DNA of 64,000 bases. Origin: Phoronis australis. Lineage: Eukaryota; Animalia; Phoronida. Under the pieces are notes generated by a model that saw only the letters and a program-made list of their open reading frames with translations, searched no databases and was not told where the DNA came from. Where the stretch lies: assembly GCA_002633005.1 (NCBI GenBank), contig NMRA01000570.1, forward strand, positions 62,001 through 126,000, in the 5' to 3' direction. Below, piece by piece: positions 23,634-35,797 of this stretch (its first letter is position 1; the number at the start of each line of letters is the position of its first letter). Both the position numbers and the translations under genes were made by a program.

Positions 23634-25039
23634 TGCTGTCACCCGGTCTCCTACGGCAACTAAGTTTCGAGCCAGGTGCCAAAATTTCTCCATTTCTGTC
23701 GCCAGCTGGTGACTTAGCTTTATAATTAGAACTTGTTTTCTAAACATTCATGAAATCATGTTGACATATACAAGCAAAGTAAGTCGATTGCGTGATCAAG
23801 TATTTTCCCACTAAACACATTTAATATCTTCGACAGATGGCGTATTGTGGGAATACCACAACCATATTTGGGCAAAGTCGGTACTTTTCGTTTATATGCA
23901 ACTACATCCTCACTATTTCAAAGTCGAATTTGAATAAACGCAACATTTTCCGGCAGCTACCATGTAACGCAGTCTCGTGATGAGTCACAGTAAATACGCG
24001 TGCGTAGTTGTATCTAGGCCAATTAAAACGCATCTGGGTCAATCAGAACTTGAACGTCTGCTCGCTGTGCGGAGATTGAGAAACAAAGTTGGCAAATTGC
24101 TCAGTACCTTCTGTGGTGTTTTTTAGCCGTAGTTTCAGACCCTCAGAAGACCGAACACTGCAAACACCAAGAACAAAAATATCATGAGCATTACAAAGAA
24201 ATGTTCGTTTCAAAACTCTTTGACTGTGAACAGGTCATCCGTTTATAGACATGAAGCACCGACAGCATGAAGTGCACTAATTTTCAATGAAAAATAACTT
24301 TAGACCTGCATGCCACCACGTGTTATTATTTTGTTTATTTTCACTAAAATTCTATGGCAGGAAACTGAATAGAGAATTCCAGTATATTAATGGGTTTGCG
24401 GCGCTACCGCACACCAAGGTCGGAGTTGACTATGTGCTGATTCCATTCTTTGGAAATAATGATTACTTTAGTATTTTTTGTCTAGATGAAGCACATATCA
24501 GAACACTTCATTGGTTTCATTAGAATTCTGCAGGAAACTGAAATTTTCCTTGAAAAGGCGATTGTCTCTTGACGACTGATTGGGATTGTGAAGGCAAACC
24601 AACAGATTATCAGAAAGCTTGGAATACAGGCATTTATTGGTGAGATGATGCTCTCCTCCCGCTTTGGGATGAAATTGATTAACTTTTGCTCCACCTAGTG
24701 GCCATTATTCCTGTTTTCGAGTCTTGTTTTTTGGGGTCCACTCCTCGATCAACCAAACCATTCTGAGGATGACTTTGAAAATTGGTATATGGTATATGGT
24801 CTTAGTCTGAAGAGGACGGTTAACAATAAAGCATTGGACTACTGTAGCGCTTCCTAGTGGTAGTTTTGTTTTGTTTTGTGCCCATAGCTGCATCTCCTAA
24901 ACTCACTGCAGGATCTTAATTAAATTTAGTTTATTGTATTTATATGAAGCTAACAACAGATGACAATGTCTTTCAGGCGGATCCAATGAAGCCTGTGTCC
25001 CAAAGTGGCAATTTCATTATTTTTTGTTTTCCTTTGTTT

Positions 25040-25243
25040 CTCCGAAGTTCCTCAACAGATTTTTATGAAATTTGGTAAATAGCTTTCTATTAAAGAAGCA
25101 ATGGCATGTACCCATTTTCAGTTTGATTGGATGTTTTTTCACCTTCTTGTGGCTATTTTTATGAAACAAATAAACAACCCTAGAAGCACTCGGTTTGCGG
25201 TGCATTCGTGGGCACATTTCAACGCTCTGTGTTGCTCTTGTTT
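25040..25243 (+). mobile_element. 3' part of Helentron-associated (HINE/DINE-1-like) element
   Basis: aataaacaaccctagaag...gtgggcacatttcaacgctctgtgttgctcttgttt matches the reverse complement of 40702-40780; left boundary approximate. Confidence 0.65.
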
Positions 25244-28200
25244 ATGATCAGGTGACCCATAATTTGTGTATTTAAGACAAGTACTGAGAGGGGGATAACT
25301 GCAATTTCCACAGTGTATTTATATCCAATCTATTATTCACAGGTAACAGTTTCCATACATATTATTTAGAATGCTTTAAGTAAATCGCCTTCCTCGTCCA
25401 GTCATTTGTTTTTGGATGAAACTAGAAATCAGTTAAAATAAAAGTTTAAAGCCTAACAAATACCCCCATTTACTAGAGATCACTCAAGAAACTTTGAAGT
25501 GTAAGAAAAATACCAGAACAAAATTAATTAATAGCGGAGTCAAAAGATATCAATGAACAGGGCCCAGTTTCTTAAATCTACTAGTTTCCATTTCGGTGTA
25601 CTTTGTGGAGCTTCTATATTTGTCTGGGAATTCTGTTTATCATGACACCAAATTGCCAAGGACAACTGGTCTGGAACTAAAGTATAGTCCCTGGGTATGG
25701 AACTTCGACGCCCCATCTATAGGGTTTATTGCAAACTACTAAATCACAATCAGACTGCATTTTGAGATGATCAGTTCAAGGTAGGACTTTTATCAGGTGA
25801 GAGGGAGGTCGTGAGGAGTCTCCCGCGGAAGGTAGAAGAGTTGGAGCCAATGACGGTATATTCGGCTGGTCTTTGTGATGTCACTAATTTCTCAGGATCT
25901 CGCTGATTGTAATTGCCACTGAGCATGCTCGATCATCATTAGTAGGACACTGATTGCTCTTGAGCGAGTTTGTAACATTATGCCCTTAATTTTGTTACAA
26001 AAGTCACTATGTCATAGTGTCATAGTGACATGGTGTTGTTGCATAAACGTAGACCTCTTTTCCAATGTGTCTTCGGCGAGCTTAGCTGCAAACTGAAATC
26101 ATTGAGTTAGAAACTGCCAAAATGACCCTCCTTTACTCTCAAAAACAAATGATTACTGTCAAAGCTGAAGCTTCACTCAGTTCCCAAGGCAACACGGATA
26201 ATCTAAAACAAGTGCCCACGACCACCGACCACCACAGACGGCATTCTTCTAAGCTATTTATTAGTATCATAAAAATGCTCATTAGATGGCGCAGAAGACA
26301 TCAAATGGGTTTGAATATTGAATGCTTTATCGTCTCTTGAATAGAAAACTGCCTGCCATATTTCATAAAAATCTGTCAAGAAACTCCGAAGATAACATAT
26401 TGAGTGAAATTTTAAACATCAGTTTGTGATTAGGAGACACAGCTGTAGTCAGACTTGTCTACCTGTTGTCAAGTTCATTCATAGGTCTGGAACACACTTG
26501 CCAAATTTGACAAAGCTCCAGCTAAGGATTTAGGAAATATAGTTGCAGATACAAAAATGCGAGAAAGGGGGACTCCACAGTAGTCGTGCCCATCTGAAAA
26601 TCGTTGACAGGAGGAACATGTCATGTGTCAATTTTCTTATTGATCCTTCTGGCAGTTTGGCAGATACAGAGGCTGGTAACAAAATACTAGAGGAATTACC
26701 ACTAGGTAGCGCAGATTACGTCGAATCTATCCTAATATTTGAAGGTTCTGTTGTCTCCGTACTAGGCAACTGAAGTTACGAAGGCAAATGAAAACCATTG
26801 AAAAGGGGCGCACCGCACCGGTAAAAATTGTACTATAATCCACACTGTGACAGTGTAGGAAGAAATTTACCACCATGCTTGGTTTAGTTGAGCAAATGCC
26901 CTGTTATCACCCTGCAGACGTTTATGAAATATACCAAGGCTCTATTATATTGTTGTCACGCTCCTGTGCACGTGTGACATCTAGTACACTGTTGCCTACA
27001 CCCATGGCTTGATGTTTACAGGTTGTGTACTGCTGGAGATGAGTACAGTCTTTGGTTTATGCTGATAGACAAGCAAGGTTGCAGGTGTGTACAGTCTTCC
27101 TCACACTTAAATGACATACCTTGGTACTATTGATGTCAACTGTTTTCTGGAGTGACATACTAGTAATGATATTCTGGTATTGTTCGCATATAGAAAGTTT
27201 AGTGGCTGAATGTTCATTCGACTGTTAGCATTGATCACCTATTGTAAATGTAGAAACTTAATGTTATGTAGGATCTGAGAAAAATGTCTAAAATTTGGCC
27301 ATCTTGGGAATATTGTATCTCAGAGATGGGTGATTACATTCATTTGAAACTGTCAGATACCATAACAGTGCTCAATGCAACCTCAGATTGTGTTTGGTGA
27401 CCTGGAAAAAAGCTTAGGTCACCAATGTGAGTATCAAAGTCAGACAATAAATCTCCTTAAATTCGCTTTCAAAGTTTGTTGACTTCCTAACTAAATTACT
27501 AATACTTTTCCTAGATTCATTAATTACCTTACGTTCACAATTGTTCCGTTTTTCGTGAGATCAGTGCACTTGCCACCAAGCAGTGAGCACACAGCATACG
27601 CACTTAAATTAGAAACAGGAACTAAACAGATGGAAGTCAGAATTATTCGGCAAAAATTTGGGCAAGATGATCGGTGAAATACACACCACCAGTGTATGTG
27701 ATCGTCTGCTTCCTATGTTCATTTGGTGGCCTGAAGTATTGAGTTAGAGAATGAATGAACACACGCACTATATTTATGGGGAGATTTTGGATATGTGGAA
27801 ATAAGTCATAATCATACAGCCTTTTTGTCGGACGAATATTATTTTAGGATGGATCGGCAACCCCGAATTTCATTTGGCGATGTGAGATTTTCAGTTTTGG
27901 GAACTTCAGATTTCATTTGTTTGCCGACCTGAGATTTTTACCTTATTCCCATCACATGGATGTCACAAGTTAAGCCATACAAGTTCCATGCAACGTCATT
28001 TGGCATGGGAAGGTAAAAAATTATAATGGTGTAGTGACAAGTGAACGAGTTCTTTTGAAGGGATTAATTTGTGAGCAGTTTTATTCGACATATTATTTCT
28101 GTAGATAAATTAACCATACGACTGCAAATTCGACGTGTGCCGGTCAGCATTTGATGTGCAGTTCGAGAGTGATATTTGTGACTTAATTCTACACTTTCAA

Positions 28201-28318
28201 TGTGCAGACTTCCAACCCTGTTCAAGGGTTGGTTTAGCGACTCATTTGTCGTGCAAGGTTTGTCATTATCGTGCTGATTTTTATCGCTGAGTACATGACA
28301 CATGAAGGTTGTTTTGAA

Positions 28319-28388
28319 TGATGACCATCGATCATCAGCCTGATGACCATTTATCATCAGCCTGATGACCATTTATCATCAACCTGAT
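28319..28388 (+). repeat. 22-bp minisatellite, about 3.2 copies
   Basis: TGATGACCATTTATCATCAGCC units; each unit is self-complementary (TGATGA...TCATCA). Confidence 0.9.
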
Positions 28389-29385
28389 ATGAATTGATAT
28401 CAGCCAAGAGAAAGCTCAGTAGTACGGAGAGAGCTGACATTGTTTAAGTGTAATGTGTACACAGATCTCAATGTTAAAACATGGTCAGTGAAATGTTCAC
28501 TATTGATCAGATGGTCTGCATTAGCAACAGTGATAAAAGGGCGGTTCTTGCAAGTCTTCTAGAATCTAGGAATTTCATTGGCGCATAAATTGCAAAATTA
28601 GTTGCTCCAGCCAAAGTTTTTTGAGAAAATCCTCTAAGTGCTTAACAAGCAAACTTGCAGGCGAATTAATCTTTAGTAGCTGTAGGGTTGCCTAGCACAG
28701 TATTGGGAATATCTAGTTAATCTATGGCACAGGTGACAGTCATAACCTTGGTCAATTATCTTGCACCCAATAATCAACTTAACTAATCCATTTAATTGGA
28801 TCAGGTTGTTTGTTTAGCCAATATCCTGTACATTCATGGTGTTGGTCAAGGCCCTGTGTTAAAGGTTACTCATGAATTATTAAAGGTTTTGAATGTGGTG
28901 TAAGCAGAGGGACAAAATGTTTGGTGGTTTTGCCATCTTTGTAGATTTTGAAACAAGAAACACTGTTTGTATACAGCTGTTAGCAAGTTTGTTTTAAACT
29001 TGTAAAAAGCTTTCAAATCCTTTATTACATGTTTTAAAAGAAAAGCAAGTACACTTTTGAGATTGAAATTGAAGTTGTAATCCTACCAATGATGGCGCAT
29101 TTACAGTAAAATTCTTTATTTTGGAGTGCAATTTCTTTGCTGGAATTTTATATTGTTGAATTTCTTAACAAGAAATCATACTGTGTCGTTGAGATATGCT
29201 TCCATGACGCAGATGTCACAAAATAATATAGGGTGAAAACTTAGCATCTGCGGCTACGTAGTGACCCTTTGAATAACAACAGGTGTCAGTCTTAGCAATT
29301 ATCTTCTTCCTAAATTGAAGAATTTCTACCGTAGGTTGATGGTGCCTTAAACTTGACCCTACGCAGTGAGACTGGGGGTAAACTG

Positions 29386-32300
29386 ATGGAGAAGATGAGC
29401 GCCCCCGTCCGACTACAGCCGTACCAGCATCAGGTCGGCGGCCATATTGGTCTGCTCACGTATGANCGATATGACGGTGTGCAAGCCGCTGAGGCTACGA
29501 GAGCACCAGTTCTATCAAAATCTCCCGAAGGACCTACAGGAGTTTGCACCCATTTATAAAGGTTAGATGCAACAGCTTGTTCTCTTCTGATGTTTCTTAA
29601 AGTGAGACTTCCATGTCTGATGTCTGCTGTTTGAATGTAAATAAAATGTCTGAGACATTGACAGTAAGAATATGTAGTTCGAAATCTGCAGTGACTTATT
29701 CCATGATTTGTAAGACTGTCTAACATTGGAGCTTGAGGTACCAAGTTTTCTATTAATCGTGATTAATTTAACATCACTCTCCTTGAGTTGTAAATTGCTC
29801 AAAATGATAACGAAACGCTAGGGATGGCCTTCAGTAACACATGCTTGGCAATAATGTAGTGGGACAAACTTTGCGAAATTGAAATATGACGTTGTATCCG
29901 GTGGCTGACCTCTCATCATTTTCCTTGTTAAATTAATGTGTCCTCATCTTAGTGTGCTGTAGAGGTGCTTTCTTTCTTCAGGTGCTATAGAAGTTAACTT
30001 CAAGGAAGACCGGGATGGTTACGTCACCTTCTTGGGCTACCCCACGGACCACCATGGTACTAAGCGAGCACGGGCAGAGCTAGAGACGCGCCGCGACTCT
30101 TGTGGTGAAGCGGGCGGCTCTGACACAGACACTGACTCGCAAGATTCGTTATCCTCGGCACTCCCCGAGACTTCAGATGAAGAAGCCTTCAGGTCAGTTA
30201 ACCCCAGTATGTTATGTTCATCCTTGTGGCCTTCAGGTTCATGGTTTTGTAAGCAACGGTCTCTAGTGCACAGAGTAGTGTCTTTGAGGCCATTATTATA
30301 GTACACTATATCCAAAAATGTTTTCACACTTTGGTACACGGGCATGGTAAACAAACGAAGAGCGAAAATTGAACACACTGATATTCTTCTCAAGTTAACA
30401 AACAATGCATTTTGATTCCCTCTTTATGAATTTATATCAGCATTCTTTTCCTAAGCTAATATACAGTTCAGTTATTGTCATTTGAAGTGTGAGGATATCT
30501 CTGGACACCCTGTATTTACGGTAAAATGTCTTTATTTTGAGCACTAAAAATTAACTATTTTCTTAATAATTAAGAGAACGAGTGATGTCTGTGACCTTAG
30601 AAAAATTGGAGCCTTCGCTCATTTTTTTTAAATGTTATCTGGCTAGCTTCAGTGTTCTTAGTTCAATCATGAATTTTCCCACAGCTTGTCTTGATGGCAG
30701 CTAAATGATGTTTTCGAGAGGCTTAGTTTTCATTCAAGTGAACACCCTAGGCTTTAAACTTCAGGAACTCAAAAATATCGGGTTGGGCATTAAGCTGTAT
30801 ACAGCAGCTAATGGGCATTCAAAATGGAATTTGCTAAATATGCAGGAATGAGGTGGTTAAACGGAGAACTACCAGGTGAGCTGTCTGCCTCAAGTGAATG
30901 AAAGCTGAGCCGACAGCTCACACCAAGGCAAGAACAACTGACTGAACTACCAGCTAGTTCACTAAGTTGCTTTCATGTTTTCACGCCGTGGTGTGAGCTG
31001 TCTGCTCGGCTATTGTCTACTTGAGGCAGACAGCACAACTCTTGGCTCTCCCAGTCTGCTGTGGCTCTAACACGGGCAGATACAGCAGTCGTACTATTCG
31101 TGTCATTTCGATCGTTATGGCGTGTCATCGCAAAGTATTGTTTGTAAACCGTTGCAGGTTGCGTATGCGAAGTAGCGGTAGTATTGAAATAAATCACACG
31201 GAGACTGAAGAGCAAGAGGGTACCTCGGACACCACCACCTGGAGTGCACTCTGCCACAAACGGCAGTTGGAGAAGATGATTCAGGATAGTGCCAAGGCCA
31301 AGCACAAAACCAAGAGTGAGTAAAACGAGCGCATGCAATGACATGTGTTGTTGTTCTGTCCGATTTGTCTGTCCTCCCGCAGGTGGCATGAGTTGTTACT
31401 CCTTTTCTTTAGTATGATGCAAAATTATTATGGTAGCACTGGGGGATTCTGGGAAGGAATAAAATGAGTTAAAGCAGCAGTTGTAAAATCACCGTCAAGA
31501 AAACTAACTTGATTAGGACCACTTCGCCTCTTGAGGTTGGTGTCATAGTGTCTCTTGGAAAGAACTGACAGCTTGTCATTGTTTGAGACTAGGATCTACA
31601 ATTTGGCTTGTAGCAGCGTGTCGTATTATGGGTCGGGCATGTTCTTGAGCAATAAAAAACTGCCATTTTTTTGTTTCCAAATCTAGAACTCGTTTCTTGT
31701 TTGAGCTAGGAACACGTTTTACAGCTGTAAGTGGGCTACCTCACCTGCATTAGCCTCCGCATAGTGTTGTTGTGTTTTCGGAGGGAATTTCAATAGCCAT
31801 CAAATGTCGTCACTCCTCATGAAGAGAATGTGACAAGTAATCAATATCTGACTCATTCAACTGTCATCTCAGCTGCCCTGTGTTACTGTATTATTCTGAA
31901 GGTACTCGTCACGGTTTGTGAGCATGTGCCCGCATTGAACACCCTCATACCATATTGTTTGTTAGTGAGTAAAATTCACAAAATTCATTAGTATATAAAC
32001 AGTAGACAAAAGTAATCGACAAAATACCATTTTCCCGTCATGACGGATAATTCTGTTAACAGCAAAAATGACTAGTAATAACTATTAGGGCGTCAAAATT
32101 CTATTAGCGAATGTGCAATTCCGCCATATTTGAATTTGCTGCCACAATTGCATTATGGGAAATGAATGCCTCTATCGCTTGACGACCAATTGTGTACAGT
32201 GTTGCTGGGTGTTGTTGTAACGAATATTTAACAAAGAAGCGATCAATAAAGTTATTTTATTTGAATTCTTATCATAAAATTAATATTAAACGAATAACTA

Positions 32301-35300
32301 GTGCAGAAAACATGCAACTGTATTTTATTATAGAAATGTTTTGGAAATGAATAAAGTCACCATTGCCGCACTCCACCTCCGTCGACTGTGACTGTGTTCG
32401 ACCGGGTGACATTATACTCATAATCAGCTGCAATATTCTCTTCCGTATAGAAACTCTCACGCTGTTGCTAGGCATACATGCTATCCCAGAATGCAATAGA
32501 GAGGAACTGGTGTGGGGCATGGGCATTGAGATTTGCACATTCACTGTAAATATTGGCTTAACCTCCTCACTAACTTTCCTGTTAATTACCCTTCATTCTC
32601 AAACATTAGGGGAGACAACTCCAATGCTGATTTTGGCCTCTGCCCAGCCATCATGACAAAGAATCCTGGGTCATTTTGTCTGATTACTTTTGGTTTATAC
32701 CAAATATAACTGTAAAATGGATCAGGTTANAAGTGTTGGATTTTATATTTTAACCCATTAAAAATAATTAAAAAATTATGGGTCATGGGTTGGAGAAATA
32801 AATGAAAAATATGGGCGGTGGGTAAGAAATAAAAGTGCCTTCCCCCCCCTCCCATACAGATTTTGCTGGAACAGCCCTTATTTTATTTGAATTCTTATCA
32901 TAAAATTAATATTAAACGAATAACTAGTGCAGAAAACATACAACTGCGTTTTATTATAGAAATGTTTTGGAAATGAATAAAGTCACCGTTGCCGCACCCC
33001 ACATCCGTCGACTGTGACTGTGTACGACCGGGTGACATTATACTCATAATCAGCTGCAACATTCTCTTCCGTATAGAAACTCTCACGCTGTTGCTAGGCA
33101 TACATGCTATCCCAGAATGCAATAGAGAGGAACTGGTGTGGGGCATGGGCATTGAGATTTGCACATTCACTGTAAATAATGGCTTAACCTTATTAACTTT
33201 CCTGTTAATTACCCTTCATTCTCAAACATTAGGGGAGACAACTCCAATGCTGATTTTGGCCTCTGCAAAGCCATCATGACAAAGAATTTGGGTCATTTTG
33301 TCTGATTACTTTTGGTTTATACCAAATATAACAGTAAAATGGATCAGGTTATTCCTGCAGTTTTGAAAACCAGAAATCTTTGGTTATCAAATTTCCATTT
33401 TGCGTGAGACTTGTTATGGCCAGCGCATTGATAAAAATGACACGTCTGCTGAAGTGTCTCCTTTTCCCTCCAATCACGGACTGTTGTAATAACAGTAATT
33501 ATGACATTGTTTTATCGAATTTGATTCATTGGGAAGGAGGTTTACCTGGACTAAAGTGTAGGTGAATGGTACTACCATCACACTGACCATAGATTGTCAG
33601 GATTGAAACTAGAGTTCTGACATACATATTTGCTATGTAGACTCTGTTAATACGTTCTTGGCTCCTTTGTCTCACAAATCGTCTTGATTTCCTTAAGAAC
33701 AGTCTGCTATTTCTGAGGTGTAGTGCTTCCTTCATAAATTTGATCTCTCTTCGCTATGTTCAGTGTATTCAGAAAGGTAAAGAAATTCGTCATAAGTAAT
33801 CTAGCTTGCAGAAGTTATTAGTGAAAACCTGGAACACAAGAAGGAAAACGACAATAGCGCGTTTCATTTGAAAATTTGTAAGTGAGGGCTGAAATGTTGA
33901 AGAGCCAGCCGTTCGCTGAAACTCGTTGAGCCTTGCCTGAAGCAATGAAGTTCTTCCTGAACACTGAAATCACTTCTAAACTGAGTAAGAAATAAGTGAA
34001 ACTGTTTTTAAAGCATCTTATGATCAAAATAATAAGTTTGTTGTTTGACAGTAATCAATACCTTTAAATTATGTCATCAAAGTTCTGCCGTTTCTTTTAT
34101 GTTATGGCCTAGAATTCTCTCATCTCAATGTCTTTGCTCTTCGTTTGCGGAGGTAGAAAAACACATTGTGTGCTCGATGTAGTTTTAAAATGCACAACTG
34201 CTAACACACTTCTCAGCGTAGTCAAGCACGGATACGACGGTTTACTGCACCTTGTTCAGCATTGCAACTTTCTGTGTGTTACAGTTGAATTTTATTCACT
34301 TTAGAATATCGAACTGAATCAGATGTTAATGCAAAGTAGTAATTAGCGCGGCAGCAGTGTGGCTGATGCCCCACGGATACACAGCATTGTGGGTAAATAC
34401 CGTAGAGTCCGATGTGTTGTGGTACTTTGGGACGTGGCTGTTAGTACGTTTCGAAAGGCGAGTTTGTTGTGAGTTTGTCGATATCCTGCTAGGACACTTA
34501 TTAAATGGCTAGTGTTCCTCGCAGCCTTCTGGTGCACACTAGCAAAATTCCTTGGTGAGGCTGGAGTAATGAATTGACGAAATAGATTCCGTTAACACGA
34601 TTTCTGACCAGTAGCTTTTTTGGAAGAATCTTGCTTTATGTCACACACATGTACTACAGCTCATTAGCTAACCTCCCCTTTATACATGCAGAGTTCATCC
34701 TGCTTGAGAATGTGACCAGCCAGTTCCAGTGTCCGTGTATACTGGACATAAAAGTGGGCACTCGCCAGCACGGAGATGACCAGCCGCAGGACAAGATACA
34801 GAGAAAGATGTTACGCTGTGCCAACACTACATCCTGTACACTCGGCCTTAGGCTGGGTGGGATGCAGGTACTGTCTCACACTTTGCATACCGCTTTTGTT
34901 TGGCCTCACTAAAGGATTGTTTTCAACTGCAGAATTGATCGATAAAATCGTGTCCCCAATGTATCTTTGGAGAAAAGCATGTGACCTTCGAAGTAAAAGA
35001 TGGGCACTGGTATCCGCAGGAAATGACATTTCAAAATATGACTAATTATAGTGCTTACTGTCAAAAAAGCGTACTAAATAATATTCTCTTTTTGACTGTC
35101 CTCCAACCTTCTGTGTGGATTTTCCCTCCCAAAAAGCTGATTTCCACCTGGTTTTCAACAACATTTCAAAACCGTTGTATACCCTTTGTCAACTGCCTCC
35201 TCTAGTGTACATTGGACAATGTCAAAAATCTCCGTGCGTGTGGACGAGCCCTGACTAAAATACATCTTTATGACTATTTCAGGTTTACTAGCTGTAGCTC

Positions 35301-35797
35301 TAACTTCTAATTTTGTTCTTCAGGTTTACCAAGTGCCTTCAGGGAAATTTCTTACTCGTGACAAGTATTGGGGTCGTAGAATCAAGGGGGACGATTTCAT
35401 GGAAGCATTAAACAATTTTTTCTACAACGGCATCTGTTACCGCACTGACGTGTTGGAGCCAATGATAGAGAGGCTGACGGCATTTAAGGAAATGGTGGAA
35501 AGACAGCATACATTCCGGTTTTATTCCAGTTCACTGCTAGTCATGTACGATGGGAAATCTACAGGGGAGACAATGAGTGAGACAAATTCTGTGCCTTGTG
35601 AAAATGCATCAAGTGGACTGCCGAGTACATCGCAAAGAATGGTGGATGTGCGCATGATTGACTTTGAGCACAGCACATTCCAGGGCTTTTGTGAAGGGGC
35701 CACGGTGCACCCTGGCCCCGATCAAGGCTACCTGTTCGGGCTAAATAACCTGATTAAAGCACTGCAAGATATCAGACGTAAGAATACAGCGTCATAG
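29386..35797 (+). CDS. IP6K: Inositol hexakisphosphate kinase (IP6K family), 5 coding exons
   Basis: Exons 29386-29561, 29982-30192, 31158-31315, 34692-34867, 35324-35797, GT-AG, phases 1/2/1/0. Motifs HQVGGH..YDD.TVCKP..RE..FY, FILLEN, PCILDIKVGTRQHGDD (PxxxDxKxG), RFYSSSLL, MIDF.H, GPD.GYLFGL. The N at 29466 is one surplus base. Confidence 0.95.
32252..33351 (+). repeat. About 480-bp direct duplication (32252-32729 / 32878-33351) separated by N and a transposon-like end
   Basis: Near-identical copies; N at 32730; 32731-32877 precedes only the second copy. Confidence 0.9.
32357..33760 (-). pseudogene. Decayed spliced gene fragment antisense within IP6K intron 3; product unknown
   Basis: Open 120-nt phase 2-2 exon 32709-32590, 46-nt GT-AG intron, terminal exon 32543-32357 with one internal TAG, AATAAA at 32329-32324; further exon-like pieces upstream. 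Confidence 0.4.

Noticed and set aside
28319-28388. CRISPR-like array
   Set aside because: Head-to-tail repeats without spacers, eukaryotic context, no cas genes.
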